Shown here: piece by piece, positions 56,827 to 64,000 of the stretch
Numbering within the stretch: the stretch's first letter is position 1
Layout of the letters: each line of letters begins with the position of its first letter
IMG/VR virus record: IMGVR_UViG_2936514734_000001
Location: 32,001-96,000 of that record
DNA from: a virus
Taxonomy: Duplodnaviria > Caudoviricetes
Reading direction: 5' to 3' (one strand)
Length of the DNA stretch: 64,000 bases
Made by a program: the position numbers and the translations under genes
Notes under the pieces: generated by a model
The model's database searches: none
What the model saw: only the letters and a program-made list of their open reading frames with translations
What the model was told of the DNA's origin: nothing

Positions 56827-58007
56827 TATAGGAACAGACCTACAATCGTCGCTGATAATACAGACGCCATTGTTGCTACTAATAGCATTTTCATACCAAA
56901 CTTAGCAACGCCCGCACCTTGTTCTTGAGAAAAACTTTGTACTGTTCCTTGAATGATTCCAATAGAAGAGAAGTTAGCAAAACTAATTAAGAATGTTGAA
57001 ACGATACCCACAGTTTTAGCAGATAATGCTCCCATAATTGGTCCAAAACCAAGCATAGCTACAAACTCATTCGCTACAATCTTTGTAGACATAACACTTC
57101 CTGCTTTAACCGCTTCATCCCAAGGCACACCCATGATCCATGCAACTGGAGATAAGATATAACCTAGGATAGTTTCAATCTTCATACCTACTAAACCTGT
57201 AACTGCCCAGTTAACCATTGCTAGTAATCCAACATAAGCGATAAGCATAGCAGCTACAATAGCGGCTACTTTTAATCCGTCAATTGCACCATTACCAACC
57301 GCTTCAAAGAATGTCTTTTCTTTCACCATATCTTTGATGTTAATATCAGCGTTGTCTTCTTTAACTGGTGCTACGATAGTAGAAAGGATTAATCCACTTA
57401 GAACATTCAATGGTAATGCAATTAAAACATATTCAGGCGGTACCATTTGCATGTAAGAGGCTACAATAGAAGCGCTTACACTAGTCATTGAAGCTGTAGT
57501 TGCTACGAATAGCTGATTACGGTTAAACGAAGGAATGTGGTTTTTAATCGCTAATAAAGCACCTGTATCTCCAAATACAGAAGATGCAATTGTACTAAAT
57601 GAAAGAACTCGTGGTAGTCCTGTAATCTTTGCAATTAATCCACCAAGATATTTAATAAGTAGCGGTAAAATTCTGATATAGTTTAAGATACTTAGAATAG
57701 TTGAAGTAAACACAATCAGTAATAATACGCTAATAACGAAAACAGATTTACCTTCAGGAACTAATCCACCAACTACAAAGTTGATACCTTCTGTCCCGAA
57801 AGTCATTAGCTTAGAGAACCCGTTTGCAATCGCCGTTAGGATTTTACCTCCAATGCTTGTGTGTAGCATAAATGCTGTAATAACCAACTGAAGTACGAAT
57901 AAAATACCTACCGCTCGATAATTGATATTCTTCTTATCATTTGATAGTAAGAACGCAACTCCAAACGTAATAACGATCCCTAAAATGCCTACTAAAATAC
58001 CTGTCAT
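56826..58007 (-). CDS. nupC: CNT-family nucleoside transporter
   Basis: GI.FV.G, K.VANEFVA and FANFSSIGI motifs; polytopic membrane protein. Confidence 0.9.
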   Translation of the reverse strand: MTGILVGILGIVITFGVAFLLSNDKKNINYRAVGILFVLQLVITAFMLHTSIGGKILTAIANGFSKLMTFGTEGINFVVGGLVPEGKSVFVISVLLLIVFTSTILSILNYIRILPLLIKYLGGLIAKITGLPRVLSFSTIASSVFGDTGALLAIKNHIPSFNRNQLFVATTASMTSVSASIVASYMQMVPPEYVLIALPLNVLSGLILSTIVAPVKEDNADINIKDMVKEKTFFEAVGNGAIDGLKVAAIVAAMLIAYVGLLAMVNWAVTGLVGMKIETILGYILSPVAWIMGVPWDEAVKAGSVMSTKIVANEFVAMLGFGPIMGALSAKTVGIVSTFLISFANFSSIGIIQGTVQSFSQEQGAGVAKFGMKMLLVATMASVLSATIVGLFL

Positions 58008-58090
58008 TTTGAATCTCCTTCTTCTTATTTATTTGTCGGAAATTAAAATAAGCAGTTAACTTATCAAAGTCAACTGCCATTCTCAAATAT

Positions 58091-58603
58091 TTAACTGCAG
58101 ATTCTACTAAACTCTGAATCAACAATTTGTAGCTTGTCACATGCAATAAAGTCATGTGGATATATAACTCCATCTTTGTCAGGGAATAGTTCGATACCTA
58201 CTCGTCTGAATACTTCATCCACCAATTCGGTACAAATATAACTGTTCTTCCCATTTAGGTGTTTTAATAATTTTGTGTTTGGAAATTTTGTTTTCAGAAA
58301 CAGATTAATCAGCATAAGCCAATCATATCTATTTCCGGTCTTGTTAAACGCACAAGCATTAGAAGTAATGTTTACTTGTTGATTTGCTGTTAAAGGTTTT
58401 TTACTTCTTAACACAACATGCTCAAACTCACCAAACGTATAAGGATCTTTAACAAGTGTTGCTTTCGTGTTCCAATCAATTTCTAAAACATATCCACCGC
58501 CAACATAAAGGGCGACATGCGTCCATTTAGAGCCGACTGTCTTTTGAATTGCTTTAGAAATGATACTGTTACCACTAACAACAAAGATATCTCCAATTTT
58601 CAT
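58091..58603 (-). CDS. permuted papain-like NlpC/P60 (YiiX/YebB-like) enzyme
   Basis: GDI, WTHVALY, YD and YICTELV motifs. Confidence 0.8.
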   Translation of the reverse strand: MKIGDIFVVSGNSIISKAIQKTVGSKWTHVALYVGGGYVLEIDWNTKATLVKDPYTFGEFEHVVLRSKKPLTANQQVNITSNACAFNKTGNRYDWLMLINLFLKTKFPNTKLLKHLNGKNSYICTELVDEVFRRVGIELFPDKDGVIYPHDFIACDKLQIVDSEFSRICS

Positions 58604-58818
58604 AGAGGCATTACCACCTTTCCAAGTCGAAAAAAAGGGAGGCCTCTAATTAGAGACCCCCAAGAAGAGAGAGAAAGAAGTAAGAAGGAGAAATAACATA
58701 ACAAACACATAGGAGGATACATATCGTATGATGAACGCTACATTATATATATAATCTATTGATGTCGTATTAACAATCTTCTCGTCTACTATCTCTCGAC
58801 TGGATAACCAACCAATAC

Positions 58819-59118
58819 TTAAAGTGGAATGTCTTCGTATCCGGAAACATTTAACCAATCAGGTATTTCAGGTTCTTGCACAAATAATGGCTGTACAGGA
58901 GCTACATTAACCGGCATATGATCTATATCACCATAATCAACTCTGCAATAAAAATGACCATCATCACACGGCTTGTCTAACTTTAGATGAACAGGATAGA
59001 AATACTCACCATTAGCAATAAGATGTATTGTAGCGGTATCCCCTACATTAATTCCTGCTATTCCTATATCCCTAACAATATAAACTCTGTCTCCCTGCTT
59101 AAACTCTTTTTTAAGCAT
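58819..59118 (-). CDS. hypothetical protein (SH3-like)
   Basis: FKQGDRV motif; overlaps upstream gene. Confidence 0.55.
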   Translation of the reverse strand: MLKKEFKQGDRVYIVRDIGIAGINVGDTATIHLIANGEYFYPVHLKLDKPCDDGHFYCRVDYGDIDHMPVNVAPVQPLFVQEPEIPDWLNVSGYEDIPL

Positions 59119-60154
59119 GAGATGATTGAGGCAACAAACCTAATGCATTCTCTGTTAGGAATGTCATTTTTTCAGAGTCAAATTCGAAACCGGCAGCCTT
59201 GGGATGTCCTCCACCGCCTGCAATTGATTTAGCAATATTACCTACATGTACGTCTTCATGAATAGTTCGAAGACTTGCTTTACCAGAGTTCATATCAAGA
59301 ATAGCAACAAAATTCAGGTCAGGATTCAGAGTATTTAATGTATTACCTAATGTTGAATGATATTGATCAGCGAACACTACACCTACGTCATAACGCTTAC
59401 CATCGACATACCATTCATGTTTAGCCATTTTCTTAGAGCGGCCTTCAATGTATTTTTCTTCTCGTTTGTTTTCAATGTTGACCAATAATCGTTCTGTTTC
59501 ATTTAAAGAGAATAGATCAGGCAGTCTAACATTAGTGAAGATTTTAACGAATTTCGCTAACTGCATCTCAATAAACTGAGACGGTGTAAGAATATAAAGA
59601 ACAGAATTTAATTCTTTAGCAAGGTCATTACCTGTACGGTACCAGTCCCATGTGTCATAAGAACGAACCTGCTCTACAAAAGTGTTTACAGCGTATGATT
59701 CATACACATGAGTTAGGAAACAGTCTTTCTCTTTTAGGTATAGATAATATAATTCTGTAGCAGAAGTTAAGCGGTCATTAATTTTACTTGTAATAAAAGC
59801 CCACTCAGGATACTTTTCACTAATCCATTTAGCTGTGTCGTGATGATCTAGTAACACAATAGTAAGACCTGCAGTAAATAAATTGTTCAAGCGCTCTACA
59901 ATTTCTTCAGATGTAGGAGCAATATCTGTAATTAAAATAGCGGAAGTTACATATTTAGGTACGTTTTTGTCTTCTTCAAATGATGACATAACTTCATCAA
60001 GTTCTTCCTCAAACCGATCATAGCCGCAATGAATATGCTTAGCTATTTTTAATGTCGATAATTTAGAAATGACTTGGGGAGAATATCCGTCCAAGTCATT
60101 GTGTGAAAGATGATATACTGTTTTACCTTTTAATGATTGTAAGTTACCAAACAT
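59111..60154 (-). CDS. DHH/DHHA1 phosphoesterase (nanoRNase-like)
   Basis: HNDLDG, TD, DHH, SLR and GGGHPKAAG motifs. Confidence 0.9.
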   Translation of the reverse strand: MFGNLQSLKGKTVYHLSHNDLDGYSPQVISKLSTLKIAKHIHCGYDRFEEELDEVMSSFEEDKNVPKYVTSAILITDIAPTSEEIVERLNNLFTAGLTIVLLDHHDTAKWISEKYPEWAFITSKINDRLTSATELYYLYLKEKDCFLTHVYESYAVNTFVEQVRSYDTWDWYRTGNDLAKELNSVLYILTPSQFIEMQLAKFVKIFTNVRLPDLFSLNETERLLVNIENKREEKYIEGRSKKMAKHEWYVDGKRYDVGVVFADQYHSTLGNTLNTLNPDLNFVAILDMNSGKASLRTIHEDVHVGNIAKSIAGGGGHPKAAGFEFDSEKMTFLTENALGLLPQSSHA

Positions 60155-60175
60155 CTTATTTCCCCCTTGTAGCGA

Positions 60176-60937
60176 TTATGCCGCTACTGTTTTATTTTTA
60201 CGTAATGCATGTACAACAAATGTTGCAGCAAACGTTAAGATTAAGATTCCAAAGAATAACCAGTGAGGAACATGAATTTCATGCATGTGGTATGAACCAT
60301 GAAATAATTTAGAAGCAAGGTTTACCATGCTATGAACAGTTCCTAGTAACATTTTTAAACCAATGATTACGATTAAAACGAAAGCTGTATGCTCCATTTC
60401 TGGTACTCTTTCAATAAGTCTAGTAAATAATTTTGCAACAAAACGCATCATGACAATACCAAGAATACCGCCAAGTGCTAATACCCAAAACTTATCACTA
60501 AGAGCCAATGCAGCAGTAATACTATCTACTGAGAAAGCTAAATCCATTAATTCAATTGAAATAACAACAGACCAGAAATGACTTACTCGAATGTTCATTT
60601 TACCTAGTAATTTATGAAGCCATGTTTTCGTATACTTATCTACTACTCCGCTTTCATCTGAATCTTCTTCTTTCTTAACAAAGTGCTCAATACCCATCTT
60701 TAATAAGTAAACCGCACCAATAACTTTAATAATCCAGAACTTAACGATAACTGTTCCAATCAAGATAAAGAATGCACGAAACGCAATTGCTCCTACCATA
60801 CCGTAATAAAGAACCTTGTCACGCTTAGCAGGATCTTTTACTTTGCTTGCCATCATTGATAGTACAAGGGCGTTATCTGCACTTAGTAAGCCCTCCATTA
60901 CAATCAATACAAAAACGATATATAAATTTTCTAACAC
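60176..60937 (-). CDS. TerC family membrane protein
   Basis: EGLLSADNA and DLAFSVDSI motifs; GTG start. Confidence 0.9.
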   Translation of the reverse strand: MLENLYIVFVLIVMEGLLSADNALVLSMMASKVKDPAKRDKVLYYGMVGAIAFRAFFILIGTVIVKFWIIKVIGAVYLLKMGIEHFVKKEEDSDESGVVDKYTKTWLHKLLGKMNIRVSHFWSVVISIELMDLAFSVDSITAALALSDKFWVLALGGILGIVMMRFVAKLFTRLIERVPEMEHTAFVLIVIIGLKMLLGTVHSMVNLASKLFHGSYHMHEIHVPHWLFFGILILTFAATFVVHALRKNKTVAA

Positions 60938-60971
60938 GTAGTTTCCTCTTCCCTATAGATATTTTATTCTC

Positions 60972-61232
60972 TTAGCGGGGATCATCTGTATGTGCTAAGC
61001 ATCTTTTACATTCGAAAGACTTAGACGGGGTAATGAACGGAATAGAAATCCATCCCCCGCCAATAAACTTCCAATCATGACCTTGCACTGAACAAATTAG
61101 TAACCGCCTCCAAAGACCAATAAACAAAAAGTGACCAAAGATAATTATGCGGATTGCTATTCCAACTAAGTACGTCAGAATGATTATGCCTACCCCTTCC
61201 AGCATATCTATCAAGTAGGTTTTTCTAGACAC
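60972..61232 (-). CDS. membrane protein with C-terminal C...GHDW...C.RC motif
   Basis: ORF track. Confidence 0.55.
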   Translation of the reverse strand: MSRKTYLIDMLEGVGIIILTYLVGIAIRIIIFGHFLFIGLWRRLLICSVQGHDWKFIGGGWISIPFITPSKSFECKRCLAHTDDPR

Positions 61233-61247
61233 TCTTACACCCCATTA

Positions 61248-61349
61248 TTAGCGGTTTTTATTCATGATTGCTTTCTTTACGTCTTCACCAATATAATCCC
61301 AAACTATGCAACCTGCACAGAAACCAAAGATGAATAGAATTAAGCTCAT
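61248..61349 (-). CDS. small membrane peptide (33 aa, not in ORF track)
   Basis: ATGA overlap; GGAGGT SD; MSLILFIFGFCAGCIVWD... Confidence 0.55.
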   Translation of the reverse strand: MSLILFIFGFCAGCIVWDYIGEDVKKAIMNKNR

Positions 61350-61579
61350 TTACGTTTACCTCCATTAGGACAAATTGTTATTGCAATGAAAAATCCGACA
61401 ATAGCAAAAGCAATATGCTGACTAAAAGCCATAGCACCCGCTCCGAATTTTGTATATGGACGAACAACAAGTTCTATCCAAATCACACCTTTACATATAA
61501 AGAACATGATGACCTCTACTACTAGCAGGGTCATCATCAGTTTTACGTTATACCAAAAGTTCTTGATTTTTTGCTTCAT
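61346..61579 (-). CDS. small membrane protein
   Basis: Two hydrophobic segments. Confidence 0.6.
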   Translation of the reverse strand: MKQKIKNFWYNVKLMMTLLVVEVIMFFICKGVIWIELVVRPYTKFGAGAMAFSQHIAFAIVGFFIAITICPNGGKRK

Positions 61580-61583
61580 AGGA

Positions 61584-62186
61584 TTAACCTACTTCTAAGC
61601 CGTACTCAACGATAAATGCTTCCATTCCTTTGTTGTAGCCTTTACCTTCAGCACTGAATCTCCAGTCGTTTTCTTTCAAGTAAAGACGGAATAAAAGAAC
61701 CGCTGTTTCAGTAGAGAAATCTTCTTCTAAGTCATATTGGTACATTGGCTCATTTGTTTCATCATTAACTAGAACAACTTTTGCATTGCGAACGTCTCCG
61801 AATTTCACGCCATCGTTTGTGCTGGCAATGAAGTGCATCTCGGTGATATGTGAAGGGACTTTTGTGAAATCAACTGAAATGATTTCATCAGCGCCACCTT
61901 TACCTCCTGTAGTTTCGTCTCCGCTATGTGCAATTGCTCCACTTGGATGAATAGCTAAGTTGTTACCATGATCGTCATAACCGAATGCTACAACAAAGTC
62001 ACGATCTTCACGGCATTTACCATTTGATTGTAGTGCTACAGCTACGATATCTAAATCGTGCTTACCACCTGTATCGAACTTGTTTTCATCCCAATAAATC
62101 TCTGCACGAAGTTTTGCAAGTCCTGGTTGCTCTTTTCGTAAGTTCACTTTTTTACCACGTTGAACTTTTTGTAATGTCACTGCCAT
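61584..62186 (-). CDS. TerD family protein
   Basis: DLD, HSGD.TG..DE, YDL.EDFS.ETA, WRF.A.G.G motifs. Confidence 0.9.
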   Translation of the reverse strand: MAVTLQKVQRGKKVNLRKEQPGLAKLRAEIYWDENKFDTGGKHDLDIVAVALQSNGKCREDRDFVVAFGYDDHGNNLAIHPSGAIAHSGDETTGGKGGADEIISVDFTKVPSHITEMHFIASTNDGVKFGDVRNAKVVLVNDETNEPMYQYDLEEDFSTETAVLLFRLYLKENDWRFSAEGKGYNKGMEAFIVEYGLEVG

Positions 62187-62244
62187 AATTAATTCCTCCG
62201 ATTGTTTATAAGTTTTGTATTTTAATAAATGATTAAATAATTAA

Positions 62245-62898
62245 TTAACGAAGAATTGCATTTTCAATTGAATCAATAGAACCAGATTTAACACCTTGTC
62301 CTAGAGCTTTAAATTTCCATTCACTGTTATGCTTGTACAACTTACCTAGAACAACTCCACGCATTCCCTTGAATTCATCTAATTCGTAGCGGACTAACTC
62401 CTCGTTGGTATCTGAATTCAATAAGCGTACATAAGAACCACTTAAGCGGCTATCACTAAAGTCATTAGCACCTGTATAAATATTTGCAATTACATAAAGC
62501 TCTTTAACTGCTACATGAAGTTCTTCTAGTTTTACATAGATTTCTTCATTATCTTCTTTACCGAATTGGTTATTACCGCTGCGGTCATCACCTGCATGGT
62601 AAACACCTTGTGCATGTCGTTTAGCAAAATAAACACGATCCAACTTACGACCATCTGCATCTACCATAACAACAGCAGAATCTACATCTACTGGACTAGT
62701 AAGAGTTTGTGAGCTGCTAGAAGAACGTCGTCCTCCACCAAAGATAGCTGAAATAATACTTACTTTTTCAGGCTTTTCTTCTTTCTTTTCTACTAGGCCA
62801 CCCCAACGCAAACCTAAAGTTACATGACGTAAACCTGCATTTTCTTTTGTTAATTCAACTGATTCTCCTGCTTTAATCTTGTGCAAACTAATTGCCAT
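62245..62898 (-). CDS. TerD family protein
   Basis: GL.W, DVD, HAGD..G..DNE, WKF.ALG motifs. Confidence 0.88.
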   Translation of the reverse strand: MAISLHKIKAGESVELTKENAGLRHVTLGLRWGGLVEKKEEKPEKVSIISAIFGGGRRSSSSSQTLTSPVDVDSAVVMVDADGRKLDRVYFAKRHAQGVYHAGDDRSGNNQFGKEDNEEIYVKLEELHVAVKELYVIANIYTGANDFSDSRLSGSYVRLLNSDTNEELVRYELDEFKGMRGVVLGKLYKHNSEWKFKALGQGVKSGSIDSIENAILR

Positions 62899-62911
62899 AT
62901 TAAAATCCTCC

Positions 62912-63130
62912 TCATTTTTCCTTCATTGATGTTTTAAATAAATGCAACACAACAAACCATGTAAAGAAAGCCCACAAGTCAAACCATGTTGTGAACCCAC
63001 CTAGTTCAAAAATACCTTTACTGATTTCTAAAGATGTTGCTAAGACTGCAAGTAATAGCACGCAAGTCCAAATAGCTAGTGTTTTGCCTTCTGTAAAATC
63101 AAAAAGTAAAGAATCTATTTTTTTAATCAT
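62912..63130 (-). CDS. small membrane protein
   Basis: Two hydrophobic segments. Confidence 0.55.
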   Translation of the reverse strand: MIKKIDSLLFDFTEGKTLAIWTCVLLLAVLATSLEISKGIFELGGFTTWFDLWAFFTWFVVLHLFKTSMKEK

Positions 63131-63149
63131 GTTAAACCTTCCTTATGCC

Positions 63150-63458
63150 TTACCTGTTTTTAATAAATGTTTTAATGTATTTTGAAATCCATACACCAGT
63201 TAATAAAACAGAAATAGAAGTCATAACTATCCAAATCCATGGCTGGTAAATCCAATGATCCCTGTATGCTGATAGTGGAGTAGATAATCCTCTAAGAATA
63301 GAGACACTATCTAACGCAATAAGTAGCCACACAGCAATATTTAAAATGTGAAACCCTTTAGTTCCATATATTTTTTTCAATTTTTTATCGAACTTATCAA
63401 GTTTTTTATCAAACCTGTCTAACTTTGATTCACTTACATTATTTTTTAGCTCCATCAA
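63150..63458 (-). CDS. small membrane protein
   Basis: Two hydrophobic segments. Confidence 0.55.
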   Translation of the reverse strand: MMELKNNVSESKLDRFDKKLDKFDKKLKKIYGTKGFHILNIAVWLLIALDSVSILRGLSTPLSAYRDHWIYQPWIWIVMTSISVLLTGVWISKYIKTFIKNR

Positions 63459-63577
63459 TCCAACACGCCCTTTATTTATAAATAAGTAACATCCATTAAA
63501 AAAGACTGAACTCTATTTAAGAATTCAGCCTACTTAATGCAACCTGTTGATATTGATTTGTCAAGGGGTCTAGCGAA

Positions 63578-63906
63578 TTATGCTGCAACTTTTTTACTAG
63601 AAGAAGATAAGATATCGCGAATTTCCGCTAGAGATTGGTCACGAACTAATTCACCATTTACGAATACATCTTCTAGTTGATCAATATCTGCGTAGTGTGC
63701 ATCATATTCCGCTTGGTTTAATCCATCACGGAATTGTAGTTCACCATCTACTTCTACTACAGCAACAAGACCTCTTAAGCTACGTTTAGTACCATCATCT
63801 GTTTTAGGATCTTTGAATAGGAAACGCTCTTCGCCATTCACTACAGCATATGTAGCTTTCATAGCAAATCCAAACGTATCGCGTGTATTGTACTGATAAC
63901 TAAATG
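63578..63906 (-). CDS. 3' exon of a nicotinamide phosphoribosyltransferase-family gene
   Basis: FSYQYNTRDTFGFAMKAT...KDPKTDDGTK.S..G...VF.NG motif; homology extends upstream of the tracked ATG to an in-frame stop. Confidence 0.85.
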
Positions 63907-64000
63907 CTCTTGATTTTTATAAGTCACTAAGAAGTTTGTCCGGTAAGATATCCTTACTAAACAATTCTGTTGACCAATTTGTTCTAACTCGGAATGTTTT
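63907..64000 (-). mobile_element. putative 3' end of a group I intron with terminal ORF (partial)
   Basis: NAMPT homology stops at G63907; unrelated ORF ...DKLLSDL* ends at 63917. Confidence 0.5.

Noticed and set aside
58646-58858. Tracked 70-aa hydrophobic ORF
   Set aside because: No SD, overlaps another gene, and its hydrophobicity comes from a pyrimidine tract
1-64000. CRISPR arrays, tRNA or rRNA genes, transposases, reverse transcriptase or DGR
   Set aside because: None recognised by eye; repeats found are protein-domain repeats or isolated sites

Overview
AT-rich window from a large Bacillaceae phage or phage-plasmid, judged from Firmicutes-type SD sequences, sigma-A promoters and Bacillus-type regulatory sites. 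Three parts. (1) 57-34106, + strand: a virion structural module with baseplate-like, tail-fibre and carbohydrate-binding proteins and a paralogous coiled-coil/discoidin-like family. (2) ~34100-47150: an accessory region of small independent units. It holds a type I toxin-antitoxin locus, a GIY-YIG nuclease, a T7SS-type lipase/WXG100/lipoprotein module, a short ArfA-like ORF absent from the ORF track, several candidate sRNAs, a secreted Ig-repeat protein and candidate defence pairs. (3) 47200-64000, - strand: metabolic genes (nucleotidyltransferase, MazG-like, thioredoxin, NrdB/NrdA, RTP, S8 protease, NupC, DHH, TerC/TerD and the 3' end of an interrupted NAMPT-like gene). The main observation is an apparent chromosome-style replication terminus. 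The element encodes its own replication terminator protein, two opposed B. subtilis-like Ter sites (24.5 and 54.6 kb) form a fork trap, transcription converges inside the trap, and a near-canonical dif site lies at 40981. Two further XerD-arm sites bracket accessory cassettes. All assignments come from motif recognition by eye, and reference sequences are quoted from memory; no searches were run.
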